IMG/VR virus record: IMGVR_UViG_3300045125_000053
Coordinates: 1-56,920 of that record
Strand: one strand, 5' to 3'
From: a virus
Lineage: Duplodnaviria > Caudoviricetes
Length of the DNA: 56,920 bases
A program made the position numbers and the translations under genes. The stretch's first letter is position 1; every line of letters starts with the position of its first letter. Of the stretch, positions 20,919 through 33,231 are shown piece by piece. Below the pieces are notes generated by a model. The model was not told where the DNA came from, did not search any database, and was given only the letters and a program-made list of their open reading frames with translations.

Positions 20919-23152
20919 TTATTGTTGCCAAGCGTGGCCGGGTTGCGCTCTACCTATTGGTTCAGTCGGTGGCGTTGTGGCTTGAATCTTTTTGTGCTGT
21001 AACTGCATGTCGTTATGGCTTAACACGGTTTGCACGTTTAGTTTTTGGGCAGTTTCAGCTAATCGAGCTTTTACTTGGTCGCTGCTCTTTGCTAGGTCTG
21101 CATTAATCTGCTGGATAGAAATATTTTCATTCTGGCTTAACTCCATGACCTTCATGTCACGAGTAAGTATTGCCAGTTGCATTTCATGTTCGCGCTGACG
21201 TTGATTTTCAGCCTGTTCAAACTGCAACTTCATTTGCTGCATTTGTTGATCGGCTTGCGCTTTTTGCTGTTCAGTTTGTGCGCGTATTTGGGCAACTTGC
21301 AAGGATGGGTCTTGCGGTTGTTCGCCTTGTTGTTCCTGCATCTTAGCGAGTTCTTCTTCAGAGTATAAAATTGTCTCTGAATTAATCCGGTGCGCCTTCA
21401 ATACTTCTTTCATGTATTTAGCAGGGTCAATTCCGAAAGCAGGATTCGACAACATTGCACCCATTTGAATCAATGCCATTTTGGAAGCGTCACGTTCAAA
21501 GAATGAGGTTGAACCCTTCGCATGAATCTGAAAGTCCCCCTTATCTTCATCGTCGCCATAAATCAATAGCCATTCATAGAATCGTTGAATATGTGGCACG
21601 ATTACCCGATCGTCAAATAACTTGGCTATATTGCGCCGTGTTGCGCCTGAATTCTGCTGCAATATCTGCATACCACCAACGGTATCAGGTGCGCTGCCTT
21701 GTTGTCCTTGGAGCATTAACGGCATACCTGTTACATCTTCCGCCATCTTTTGAGCAAGCTGAAATAGGTTGATTAATTCTTGCGAGATGATTGGAATTAC
21801 AATAGGCTGGACGGCTTGCTGCGCATTTTGAATCGGAGAATCTGGACTTAATCTTAAATGGTATTGCGCCCAATAACGATAGGGCCACCACCTTCCATTT
21901 CAACACCTTCACCCAACACCAGGATAGGAGAGCCACCAATCCCGGCATTGTCGAGCATATTGCGGATAAGCGCGTTTATCATGCGCTGTGGTTCGCGTAT
22001 TTGACGAGCCAAGCCTATGCCGGTCCATGTGCTGCAACGTGGTTGATAAACCATTACATCGAAAGGAAATTCACCAGAATCTAATACTGACCGAGCCGCT
22101 TTGATGACATGCCCATTCACGATAACCATAAACACGTCAATAGCTTTATGATCTTCTTTAATGTCAATGTTTACGGCTTGCAAATCGTCCTTTGTTGCTG
22201 TGCCGTAGTAATACCAAACATCATATTTATCATCATGATTTTCAAGCTTATTTTTTTCTTCATAAACTCGATTTGGCCCTTCTTTCAGTACACGCTTAAT
22301 CTGCTCGTCAAGATAATAAGGCGTTCCATCTTCGCCAATCGTACCCATCAATTCGCGCAGTTGCTTTCCTGATAGAGTATCTTTTTCAAATACAAAGCTT
22401 CCGTTATGGATATTTTCACAGCAAGCAGGGTCAGGATAAAAGTTTCGCGGGTCAATACGTTTTGATGCTGGTTTGGTTTCAATAACAATTTCTAGCTGCA
22501 TTGCGCCTTGACCAGCTTCGGTAAGTTTTTTGCTTTTGCGTTTTACCGGGAATGGCCCTTTTAAAATTCCAGTGCCAAGTTTAACGGCGTCTTGAATCAC
22601 TTTTCTAACTTCAGCATTCCATTGACATTCAATCAGCCAATCTTCAATTTTTAACTGCGCCGACTCTGCTTTTTTATCTGCTTCAGCAAGCGCCTGTTTA
22701 GCGAGCTGCCCAGCGTCTTGCGGTCCTTGCTGGGTTTCCATCATCATACCTTTTTGCTTTGCTATATCCGCTAATTCAGGAATAGGCGTAGGCTTTAAAT
22801 CAAAAGGCAATTCTTCAATTGGCATTAGCATTTCAGCTAATGAGGCTGATGCATTTTCGACGTAAGGACGCGTGATATTTAGGAAAACATTGCTGCCAGT
22901 GCGTTTAGGCTGACGAGTGCCAAAGCCTGATTGTCTATCGGCGGTGTCTTTGGTGATGAGGGTATTTGTATCAAGACGGTTAGCTTCATCAACTCCCTCA
23001 TAGAATTCTTCATCTTCTCGCCAAATTTCTTCGATACCTGAAGCACGTCGAGCCTTAATAGCTTTTTCCTTTTTGGCTAATATTTTCTTGCCTAGTTTGT
23101 CGAGCTTTTCAAGTCTATCAAGTTGCTCGTCAGTGAGCTGCATTTCGTCCAT
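20919..23152 (-). CDS. Portal protein (P22-like podovirus type), with indels
   Basis: Directly downstream of TerL; VFLNITRPYV, LGTGILKGP, GIGLARQIREPQ, EDVTGMP; Gln-rich C-terminal helix. Confidence 0.85.
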
Positions 23153-23168
23153 GCTTAATCCTTTTTAA

Positions 23169-24437
23169 TTAATATCCTGCGCCGGGGTCATAGCCTACAG
23201 GTCTAACGTACTCATTTGGCCTACGTTCTTCGTTTGATAATGAATCTACATTGACTGCTAGATATCTTATGCTGTCTGCTCCATGACTATGCTCGTCATG
23301 CAATGGTGCGCCGGGTTCATTGGTTTGCGAATTAATACTGCGCCGATAACGCTTTAAACATTCCAATAATCTAGCGGTCTTAGTTTTGTCAAAATAGCAT
23401 TGTTTCAGCATTGAACGAGCCATTTTAATTCCCGGCTCAATCCCAATGTTCGGCGTTATCTTTACCTTACGTCCAAAACTTTTTAGTATTTCTTCGGCGC
23501 TTCGACCAGTTTTAAAATCTTTGGTTCTTCCGTCATGTGGTAAATAGTCATAGCCCCAGTTCATATTCTTTGCATTTAATAGCGAGGCATAATAATCGAG
23601 TGTTTTATGGCTGTCCTCAATGTATTCAATAATGCGTATTTCAGAGCGCACTTTCTGGCATAAAATAATGGACATTGAATCATTCCAGCCTAAATCCCAT
23701 ATCGTGTGAACTTTTAGTTTCGGGTCATACGGTAGGTTGCACACTCGTTGTTCAAGCTGAATGTCTTTGACTTCTTCAGCATAGATAGCACCAGCAACAG
23801 CAGACAAGCATTGGCCTAGCCAAATATTCTTGTAATCCTCTGGTCTGGTTGCTTCACAATGTGCGCGTTCAGCTTCCAATACTTCAGGGAACCAAGGATT
23901 ATCAGTATAGTTAACCTGTCTTACTATTGAATTCGGGGGTGGATCAACAACAAACCGCACATAAGTTTCATCGGTATCAAGCATTGGGTTCATGGTGATC
24001 CAGATTTCGGAGCCATCCTTGCGAATCGTCGGAATTAAAATATCCCACGACTTAGCGCAAACCGTTTGGCCTTCTTCAATCCAGCATCTATCAACACCTT
24101 CAAACGATTTAATAGATTCAACCGTATGTGATGCCAAACCAGCGAAAGTAAACTCAGTTCCGTTCACACCTTTAATAGATGTTTCAGTAATCGAGTAAAA
24201 CTGGCCTAACTTCAAATCTTCAATCTGATCGCATAGCAACTTATACACTGAGTCTTTGATTGATTTCTGGACCTCTCTTGTGCATAAAATTCTCAGTTTA
24301 TTATCTACGCCTTGAATAAGTAGTGCTCTTGCTACGCTCCACGATTTGGAACTACCTCTGCCACCGTGTGCTACTTTGTACCGTGAAGGTACAAATAGAA
24401 ATTGTAGCGCCTTTGGAAATTTAGCAATTGATTGCAT
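23169..24437 (-). CDS. terL: Terminase large subunit (PBSX/Terminase_3 type)
   Basis: Walker A HGGRGSSKS, ILCTREVQKSIKDS, Walker B CWIEEG, nuclease motifs WDLGWND and HSHGADSIRY. Confidence 0.96.
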   Translation of the reverse strand: MQSIAKFPKALQFLFVPSRYKVAHGGRGSSKSWSVARALLIQGVDNKLRILCTREVQKSIKDSVYKLLCDQIEDLKLGQFYSITETSIKGVNGTEFTFAGLASHTVESIKSFEGVDRCWIEEGQTVCAKSWDILIPTIRKDGSEIWITMNPMLDTDETYVRFVVDPPPNSIVRQVNYTDNPWFPEVLEAERAHCEATRPEDYKNIWLGQCLSAVAGAIYAEEVKDIQLEQRVCNLPYDPKLKVHTIWDLGWNDSMSIILCQKVRSEIRIIEYIEDSHKTLDYYASLLNAKNMNWGYDYLPHDGRTKDFKTGRSAEEILKSFGRKVKITPNIGIEPGIKMARSMLKQCYFDKTKTARLLECLKRYRRSINSQTNEPGAPLHDEHSHGADSIRYLAVNVDSLSNEERRPNEYVRPVGYDPGAGY

Positions 24438-24880
24438 TAGTCTTGAAAGACAACCTTAATAGACAACGGCCCACCATCGGCTCCAGAAATTTCTTTCTTA
24501 TCTAAAAACTGCCCCTGCGACCTACCAAGTAACTCAGATGCTTTAATTCGCTCATTCCAATTCGGCACAACCTTCGTGCCTTTTTCTTCATCGGCAAACG
24601 ATAAATGACCGTACATAACAGAAGTCCAAAATTCCTGGCGCTCGATAGCGGTGGCAATCTTGGGGCTAGTCACTTCCTTAGTCAATTCCTTGATGCGATC
24701 TTGAACTAATGGGTGAGTCAGCATCTGATGAACATAGCGAACACCGATACCCATTTGTTTAGCAGCATCGGTAACATTCCCACCATTAGCCGCATAAATT
24801 AGGCACAGTTCTTCCTGCCTGTTAGAGATTCGCCGGTTATGCGGCTTTCTAGTTTTCTTTTGTTTAGGCTTCTCGTCCAT
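24437..24880 (-). CDS. terS: Terminase small subunit
   Basis: HTH GNVTDAAKQMG, ERQEFWTSVM, ERIKASELLGRSQGQF, EISGADGGPL; precedes terL. Confidence 0.9.
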   Translation of the reverse strand: MDEKPKQKKTRKPHNRRISNRQEELCLIYAANGGNVTDAAKQMGIGVRYVHQMLTHPLVQDRIKELTKEVTSPKIATAIERQEFWTSVMYGHLSFADEEKGTKVVPNWNERIKASELLGRSQGQFLDKKEISGADGGPLSIKVVFQD

Positions 24881-25100
24881 AATCTACAATATCATTATTT
24901 TCATAAGCTAAATCAGTAATGTATTGCCACACTTCTTCCTTGGTGATGACGCCGTTATCTAAATCATCTTTCGGCACGAATACCGCTGTATGCTCTCCAG
25001 TAAAAAAACCAACACACGGGATTCCATTCATATCTTCGCCTGGGACGGCAAATATTTCAGGAATGGCTCTTGCCTCGACTTCCTTAGCAACGGCATTCAT
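24864..25100 (-). CDS. Hypothetical protein
   Basis: ORF coupled to both neighbours. Confidence 0.55.
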   Translation of the reverse strand: MNAVAKEVEARAIPEIFAVPGEDMNGIPCVGFFTGEHTAVFVPKDDLDNGVITKEEVWQYITDLAYENNDIVDYGREA

Positions 25101-25378
25101 TACATCATTCCTTGTGCTGCCATTGGTGGCTTTTTAGCCGGTGCTTTCTCGCCTAAGCCAGCATTAAACATTTGATTCAGATAATCTTCTGAAGTATCGC
25201 TTAATAATTCACGCACTTTGTTTAAGGCTTCGTCCAAAGACTTGAAGGCTCTTTGTTCTTCAACACCGCCTTCCTCCATATTTTCTTGCGGATTCTCTTG
25301 GTCGTTTTGTTCAACGATAAAAGTACCATCGCCATTTGCGGTAATTGTAACGCTGACTTGATTAGTAGTTTCGTCCAT
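25100..25378 (-). CDS. Hypothetical acidic protein
   Basis: AAGGA RBS; MDETTNQVSVTITANGDGTFIVE. Confidence 0.65.
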   Translation of the reverse strand: MDETTNQVSVTITANGDGTFIVEQNDQENPQENMEEGGVEEQRAFKSLDEALNKVRELLSDTSEDYLNQMFNAGLGEKAPAKKPPMAAQGMM

Positions 25379-25821
25379 TATTTTTCCTTAGTTAGCACAA
25401 CATGTTGCCGGTGCTTTCTCGCCTAAGCCAGCATTAAACATTTGATTCAGATAATCTTCTGAAGTATCGCTTAATAATTCACGCACTTTGTTTAAGGCTT
25501 CGTCCAAAGACTTGAAGGCTCTTTGTTCTTCAACACCGCCTTCCTCCATATTTTCTTGCGGATTCTCTTGGTCGTTTTGTTCAACGATAAAAGTACCATC
25601 GCCATTAATAATTCACGCACTTTGTTTAAGGCTTCGTCCAAAGACTTGAAGGCTTTTTGTTCTTCAACACCGCCTTCCTCCATATTTTCTTGCGGATTCT
25701 CTTGGTCGTTTTGTTCAACGATAAAAGTACCATCGCCATTTGCGGTAATTGTAACGCTGACTTGATTAGTAGTTTCGTCCATTATTTTTTCCTTAGTTAG
25801 CACAACATGTTGCCGGTGCTT
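25137..25821. repeat. Nested tandem duplication (about 2.5 copies) of the 25100-25378 gene region
   Basis: Near-identical blocks ~25137-25406, ~25407-25605 and ~25606-25821; GCCGGTGCTT at the boundaries. Confidence 0.9.
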
Positions 25822-25847
25822 AATATTATAGCACTATATGTTGTGTT

Positions 25848-27435
25848 TTACATGTAACCCTCTTTGGTTGAAAACATGCGTGATTTATTTGCTTGTCGGA
25901 TAACTTCTTTAGGTGGTGGACCTTTAACAGCACTTTCTAGCGATAGCTCTAAATCTGATTTCTTTCTAGGCTGTGGACCTGCGCTTGTTGGCTCAGATGG
26001 AACTGACATTGGCTTACTGCTGCTAGAATCCAACTTGCTAATTAAATCATCACCAGCAATAAGAATAGGCTTGTCATTGTGATAGAAAACACCAGTTTTT
26101 TGATCCATGTACAATTTATAGCTACTTACTTTTGCCAAGGCCTCGGCTGGCGTAGCTCCAGAATTAACCAGTCTATCGGCTAGTACGGTTCGCTCGTCTG
26201 TAGTTGCCGGTCTAACTTCAACAGGCGCAATAGTTCGCTTACCTTGCGCTATTGTCTCGGCATTGATGGTTTTGACATTGGCTGTATCAGTCTTATCTGA
26301 TTCGTCAATCTTAGCCATTAGCTTCCTTAAAAGCTTTTCTCTCTGTGCCATTGGCTTCAGTAAAGAATGATTTAGCCTGTGGTTTAGCTGGCTCTTGGCT
26401 ATCTTCAGTATCGCTGCCGCCCATCTTATCCAGCCTATCCTTATTAGCCATAACATTCGGGACATATTTTTAGTTTCGTCGGGCAGTAATTCAGCAATAG
26501 AATCATAGGTGCGTGGATTACCTGCTTGCGCTGCAATATCTAACTTCTTATCAACTGTGCCGGGGCCGCTGTTATAAGCTGCAAATGCCAGTTGTTTATC
26601 GCCTTTGTATCTATCGAGCATTTCCTTATAGTACGCAATACCCGCTTCAATATTGCCGTTTTCCTGATCCATTGAACCACGATCAATTTTATGCTTCTGC
26701 GCTATGTAATCTTTAGTCCCTGGCATTATTTGCATCGGACCTTCAGCACCAGCAGAACTGACCGCATTGGCTTTTGCCGCCACTTTCAACAATCATGATA
26801 GCTTTGGCTTCATTGGGCGTGATGCTGTATTTATCAGCAAGTGATTTAACTAATGGATCGTATTTATTTACATTGGCTATTGTCGAATCTTTGCTTGGTG
26901 TGCCGGTATAGCTTGAGGTTTGGAATTTGCCAAGTGACGCCTTTTGTCTTTCAAGTTCTTGCCTTTGTGCAGTTGCGCTTTGTGGTAACTCTGCTATTTT
27001 GGCGTCAATTTTATCCATTTGATCCTGCTTAAGCTTTTCCTGCTGCATCCTAAGCATGTCTAATCGTTCTTGCTGGTATTGCTCTTTATACTCTTTATCG
27101 CCAGCATGATTTCGGTCATAAGCTTGCTGCTCGTATTGCGCTTTAATCGGCAATAACTCTTTTTCCTTATCAATAGCCGCTTTATCATTCATCTGGTCAC
27201 GGGCTATGGTTTGTGCGTAATTAGTATTACCCTTTTCAGTCTCCCATGCCTTCTGCTTTTCCCAGTCAGCCTCTTTAATTGCTAACGCCTCTGCTCGATC
27301 AGCTAACGCATTTTGTCTAATCACTTGATCACGGCGCTTCTGGATTTCGTCTTGCTCTTTCAGTCGATGATCTTCGGCTAATCTATCCGCTAAATAACCA
27401 GCACCAGAACCAAGCGCACTTAGCAACATACCCAT
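25848..27435 (-). CDS. Virion ejection protein with a lytic transglycosylase (SLT) domain, with indels
   Basis: AIMIVESGG..AVSSAGAEGPMQIMPGT..AFAAYNSGPG..LPDETK after a coiled-coil N-terminus. Confidence 0.88.
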
Positions 27436-27956
27436 TATTGACCTCCTTGTAACATTCCAGGCTGTACGGCTGGCTTTCCATTAATGACATTGTTAATCAT
27501 GGCTGGATCAGCTTTTAGCATCGGCGCTACTTTCTTTGCAAAGTTTCCATCAGCTAGACTGCGCTGCATATCCTTTAGCTGTTTCCCTACCTCAACCATA
27601 TCGAACTCATGCTGGTACAGCTTTAAATAATGGTCTAGTGCATATTGGATAGCTTTAGTGGATTCCTGCTCAGTAAGTGGGGCTCGCCCAGTATCAGCTA
27701 TATCAATCTGTAACCTTTGCAAAATAATAACGCCTGTAGCAAAAATTACATGAGGTGGAATCTGTTGCTTAGATAGCTTTTTGATTTTGTTTATAATATG
27801 CAAAATAACTTCAGCTATGACAATTGCATGATCACCAGCATCGTAGTCTTTCATGATTGATGAAAAAACCTTTTCGGTGTAGACGATATTCGACACTTGC
27901 CGGTTAATTTTCATAACCTGATTTTGAATTTCTAGTTCTGCTTTTTTAGCATCCAT
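27435..27956 (-). CDS. Hypothetical protein in the ejection module
   Basis: Intact ORF coupled to neighbours. Confidence 0.65.
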   Translation of the reverse strand: MDAKKAELEIQNQVMKINRQVSNIVYTEKVFSSIMKDYDAGDHAIVIAEVILHIINKIKKLSKQQIPPHVIFATGVIILQRLQIDIADTGRAPLTEQESTKAIQYALDHYLKLYQHEFDMVEVGKQLKDMQRSLADGNFAKKVAPMLKADPAMINNVINGKPAVQPGMLQGGQ

Positions 27957-27967
27957 GCTATTGACCT

Positions 27968-29248
27968 TTATACTGTTTTAGTTGCAAACTTGCCTAAGTT
28001 CTTATAGTAATTTTGCACCGCTATAGGATCGTAACGTAACCCGGCTTGTTTCCTTAAGGCTTGCTCGTAGTCCATTTTCATCTGCTGGGTTTCTTTATTG
28101 GCTGAATAATCACCCGCGCCTTGGATCATTTTTAACCCTGTACCCACTAGAGTATTATTGTTTTGAATAAAGTCTAGGGTCTTGCCACCATAGTTTTTAA
28201 CGGTGTCCCATAACCCAGATGATGCTTGTTTTGAAATATCGGTGGCTGTTGGTAGTACATTGTTAGCCGCATTTTGAACACTGTTTGTTGCACTTGGTGC
28301 GCCTTCATCAAATCCACTACTCACAAAATCTTTATAGTCCCCAATCCCTTTTTGTCCAAAATTATTAAGCTGAACATCGCCTGTTGCTGTTGTGCTAACA
28401 GTGCCAGACGTATCTGACGGCGTTGGTGATGTAGCAAACTTTGAAGGCTCTACACTGGTTGAAGTGTTAGCTGGCGTTTGGCTAGGCGCATTTAAATCTA
28501 AGCTAGTACTGCTGACTGAAGGTGCTTTTATTGCATTGTCAGCTTTTAAACTAGTGTATGCCTCATGCGCTATATCGGGCGCTTGAAATTGCGTCTCAAG
28601 TGCCGGTAACTGATTTGCTGGCTGCAATGAAATAGCATTGGTATTAACACCTTGGTTGCCTAAACTTGCACCATACTCAGCCCCAATGGAGTTATACCCC
28701 ATCGAATTAGATAAGCTAGACAATGCCTTGGTCCCCGCCGAGCCTAATAACCCAGGCGTTGCTGCATTGGTGGCAGCATTAATTGACGTACCCGCTGTGC
28801 TTTCAAAAGCTGGTGTGATTGCCTGACCTACTTGACTGCCAATCGTTAATTCTGCGGTATTACCTACCGCTGCATTTCCTGCGCTTGCTGTGCCTGATGT
28901 TGCCGCTGCTGTACCGGCTGAGACTGCGGCAGCTCCCAGCCCTGCAACAGCTCCACCGATACCTGTCCACATGGCGGCTTTCATTAAACTTTGGTCGCCC
29001 GTTATGGCCCCCGCTACCGTTAGCCCGAAACTTGCCACCGTCGATATGGTTGATATCGTCGTTAGTGCCGCCCCAACCGTAGGAAGCACCCCAGCGGCTA
29101 ATCCGCTTATTGTTGCAGCTGTTGTGCCAACTGCTGCGCCAATAGCAGACCCTACTGCGCCAACTGCCGCCCCTACTGCACCAGCAACCGCTGAGGCTGC
29201 TGAAGCTACTGTTGACGCTACTGCGACGATTGCTGCTGTTATAGACAT
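27968..29248 (-). CDS. Putative DNA ejection/pilot protein
   Basis: Long Ala/Gly-rich hydrophobic N-terminus and Ser/Thr-rich linker; position after tail genes. Confidence 0.65.
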   Translation of the reverse strand: MSITAAIVAVASTVASAASAVAGAVGAAVGAVGSAIGAAVGTTAATISGLAAGVLPTVGAALTTISTISTVASFGLTVAGAITGDQSLMKAAMWTGIGGAVAGLGAAAVSAGTAAATSGTASAGNAAVGNTAELTIGSQVGQAITPAFESTAGTSINAATNAATPGLLGSAGTKALSSLSNSMGYNSIGAEYGASLGNQGVNTNAISLQPANQLPALETQFQAPDIAHEAYTSLKADNAIKAPSVSSTSLDLNAPSQTPANTSTSVEPSKFATSPTPSDTSGTVSTTATGDVQLNNFGQKGIGDYKDFVSSGFDEGAPSATNSVQNAANNVLPTATDISKQASSGLWDTVKNYGGKTLDFIQNNNTLVGTGLKMIQGAGDYSANKETQQMKMDYEQALRKQAGLRYDPIAVQNYYKNLGKFATKTV

Positions 29249-29718
29249 ATAAAAGCCTCCTGGCGTTCTGCAAGTTTGGTAAATACACCACCCACTTGGG
29301 TATATCCTAATTTTTTAAACATGTTGGAAAAATCCTTTTCAATTCCTGCTGATGTTTGTAGGCGACAAGTAGCCACACAATCAAAACTTTGCCCCCATTT
29401 TAAATGTTCTTTGTAAAGCTTTAATGCTAGTCCCTTGCCTCGATAATCCTTATCCACAAAAATAACAAACCCTTCTAAAACCCACTGATCGGAAAACCAT
29501 GTTGGTGAAATTCTGGCAATTATCCCGCCTATCGCCACATCGTGCTTATCAACAGCAACTCGCACAAAATAATTAGGATCGTTAATGTATATCCCGACAT
29601 ATCGCTTAAAAACACCCTCGTCAATTCTATCCATAAATTGAATTTCATGAACGCCAGTTAAGGCTAACTCATAAAGCCTATCCAAATCAGAACTGATAGC
29701 GTATCGGGTGGTTAACAT
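29239..29718 (-). CDS. GNAT-family N-acetyltransferase
   Basis: IFVDKDYRGKGLALKLY acetyl-CoA motif; FKKLGYTQVG. Confidence 0.88.
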   Translation of the reverse strand: MLTTRYAISSDLDRLYELALTGVHEIQFMDRIDEGVFKRYVGIYINDPNYFVRVAVDKHDVAIGGIIARISPTWFSDQWVLEGFVIFVDKDYRGKGLALKLYKEHLKWGQSFDCVATCRLQTSAGIEKDFSNMFKKLGYTQVGGVFTKLAERQEAFICL

Positions 29719-32700
29719 TAAGCCAAGGCTCCTGCTGTGTTGCTGGTGTTGGTTTTTGGGGTTTTATTTGTTGCGATAATGGTTTGAATATCTGAAGGGT
29801 TATAGTTTAAGTATTGACTTGCCATTTGTACCTGTTCTTCTGGTGACATATCAGCAAATGCTGGATATTTATAACGGTCATATTCCGTCCCTGGAATACC
29901 TAAAGAACTACCTGTAATATAGGTCAACGGTCTGACAGTTTTTTCGGCATCGTCACCTTTACCAATTTGCTCAACTATTGGTTTTTGGAACGGCTTAGGC
30001 GGCTTCATGTCAGGCAAGCCGAAAGTCTTATAGTAGGACGCTGCCGAAGCATTAGCTGTATTAGCTCCGTTATATAGAATGCTATTGGTCGTGTCGGTTT
30101 GTATATATCTTGCTGGAGGCGTTGGCTGCATTCCAAAATTAGTTAAGGCGCTCGAAACTTTTTCATCGGTAGTACTATTGATCCTATCAAGGAATTCATT
30201 AGCAGCATCTAATCTTTTTTGATCTTGAGCATTAAGGTCATCACCACGCTGCATAAAATAACGATCCCAATTGCTCTTATCGTTCATTGAAGCAATCGCC
30301 CACTGAACGCTAGTATTATCAACAGACCCGCCAGATTTTCCAGCAGATGCTGCATCAACCTTGCCTTTATTATCAAGCTTGGCTATCTCTATTGCATTTT
30401 CTAGTTGCTTCTGAATTCTTGCATCTTCAATCTGCCCTTGAATCAATATTTTCGCCTGATCTGCGGCAAGCTGCTTGTCTAGGATGGCTAACTTGTAAAT
30501 CTGATCCTTATCAGCCTCACTCATCTTCAAGCCGCTTTGAGTATACATATTCTCAAGACCGAATTCTTGGAGCTTCTGATCTCTGACTAGCGTCCTTGTT
30601 AAATCAGCATTAGCTGTCTGATCATTCAAATATGCCTGATAACCCAGCAAGCCTCCTTGCGCCTCTTGGTTCTTAGCCACCATTTCAACGTCATTAAGAT
30701 GTGCTTTATCTTGTAGAGTGCTTTTGTTTTGGTAATCCTGACTTTGGACTTGTAAGCTATTATACAAATCTTGATTCTTGCTTTGGGTTTGCAGCCCTGC
30801 CGCTAGCTGATTCTGCAATCTATCACGATTAATCGTATTAACTGCATTAGCGTCATTAGTACCAGCCGTTAGCGAATTATTAGCATTAGTTGTTGAAGCA
30901 CTTAGCCAGTTACCAGCATTGGCTTTACTTGCGTCAAGGCTATTGTTTGCGTTGGTGGTTGCTGCACTTAACCAGTTTGTTGAATTTGATTTGCTTGCGT
31001 CGAGTTGATTATTAGCATTCAATCGAGCCATTTCATTCTGCTGATTGACGTTATTGATATTCATATCAGCATAGGTTTTTGCATCTTGCTGTGCGATTGG
31101 TAGGGCGTTTTGTATCGCTGCATTTTCACCAGCACCGGCTGCAATCGAGCTGTTTAACAATCCTCTTGAATTAGCTTGCATCATGGCATTATTACGAGCC
31201 AATTGCAGATATTTGCTATTCTCGCCCAGTAGTCCAGTCATCCGGTTTTGGACAACAGAATCATCGTTAACTGTGCCGGTAACGGCTGTGCCGTCTGAGT
31301 AGATTACTTTTGGAATGCCATTAATATCAATTCCTTGGCTTACTACTTGAGGAATGCCATTAGTATCAATTCGATCAAAATTGGTTTTTGCTATGTTTGC
31401 GTATTTGTCTGCTGGATTTTCATAAAGATATTGAGCAGCATTTCTACCCATGTCCCCACCGGCATAAGTGCCAACATAATCAGAAATATCTTTATCAGTA
31501 TAGCCAAAGCCTCGTGCTAACTTTGCCGCATTAGCATAATCACCTTTAGCAACATACGTTCTAAATAAATCAAACTGTGATTCAGACGGCCCTTGCATAT
31601 TATTCATGACCTGCCCCATAGAAGCGGCTGAATAATTATTATCGTAAGGCTTTACTGAATTAGGATCGGCAAACTTTGAAACTGATAAATTAGATGGCGT
31701 TATGCCAGGAGGTAGTTTAAATCCAATCTGATTTTGATTTGCAGTTGCTCCTGTGCCTGTAGGTGTTGTGGCCTTATTCCCATTAACCAAATCAAACCCA
31801 CTGGTATCAATCCCGAACATCATTGCCGCCTCTTTCCATAACTGCGCTTCTTCGGCGCTTAATGGTTTAGGTCTAGCGTCATATTCTTTAATCAGTGAGC
31901 CTTGGTCTTTAATTTGCGGATAACCATAGCTTGCTGCAAAGGCTTGACCGGCTAATGTATAGGGGTCATCTGGTGCGCCCGTACCCATGCCGAAAGCTGA
32001 AGATTTTAATTCTGGTGGTAGTTTTGCATCATCAATGCCGAATAGATAAGCGGCTGATTTCCAATGCTTTAATTCTGCTGGTGATAACTGACCACCGGCT
32101 TGACTGACACGCTGCTGATAGGCATTAGCCAGCGATGTCGCGTCTTTAATTTGAGTGTTGGTAATACCAAGCTTGTTTAGCGTTGACTGTGCGAATGTTA
32201 ACCCGGCTTGATAATGCGGATTATCATAGGCGTATTTTGACAGGTCATCTTTATTGGCTAAATTATAGGGACTGTTCGGGTCGCCAGCCTTGGAGATACT
32301 TTTCAAATATCCCATCATAGCGGCTTGCTTTTCTGGTCCGCCTACTTGACCAATCCACGCCATGCCTGATTTAATTTGTGCTGGATCGGTTACACTGAAT
32401 TTAGTCTGAAACTGTTTCCATACTTCGGCAGGGTCAGGATTTGGGCCTTGCACATAAGTCGTGATCGGGTCTTTACCCGCTTGGCTTGCGCTAGTGGTTG
32501 TTGATAATAAACCCGGATGCGTTGAATCGCCTTGTTGTGATGCGCCAAGGCCGCCGAATGTGTAAGCTGGGCGTGGGGGTTGTGTTGTTGGTTCTTTTAG
32601 CGCAATAGATGCCAAATAATTACGCATTCCGTCAGCGGCTTCTGGACCTGCCACATTAGTAATCCATGAAAGCCCATTATCAATAGACGCTTGATCATAT

Positions 32701-33222
32701 TGATTATTATTCTGCTGCATGAATGACGACCACAACCCGGCATAATCCCCAGACTGCGCCATTCTAGTAACCGGGTCTACAGTCGGCCTTGCTGCTGCAT
32801 CGCCTTGCGGTGGTCTTGTTCCAGCATAGCCGCCGTATGTTGGGGCATTATTATTTGCCCCACCTGCCCCAACGCCACCCTCTTGTACTGGTGCTGCAAC
32901 TGCAAAATAGGTATCACCCGGTTTGACGTTGACGGGTTTGATTTCTGGCGCTTTAGTTGGTGTTGTTTGATCCCACCGACTTAGTAGGCGAACTTGCTGT
33001 ACCTAACAATCCGGTTTGCTGCTGTGGCATTGGTGTGCTGCGTACTGGTGGTGGCGTAGTAGGTTGACTAGGGCTAACCACCGGATTATAAACAGGCGCA
33101 GGTGCAGAACGAATAGGCGCGACTGTTGCCGGTGCGTTATTCGCTAGGTTTTGCCGCGTTGCAAATTTATTCGCTTCATCAGTAAGTATCTGTTGAACTT
33201 TCTGCGCTTGTGCTAATGCCAT
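29718..33222 (-). CDS. Large putative internal virion/ejection protein with internal repeats (indel near 32950)
   Basis: ORFs 32953-33222 and 29718-32762; SRGLLNSSIAAGAG..ALPIAQQDA motif; Asn/Ala/Gln-rich repeats. Confidence 0.7.
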
Positions 33223-33231
33223 TGTATTTCC

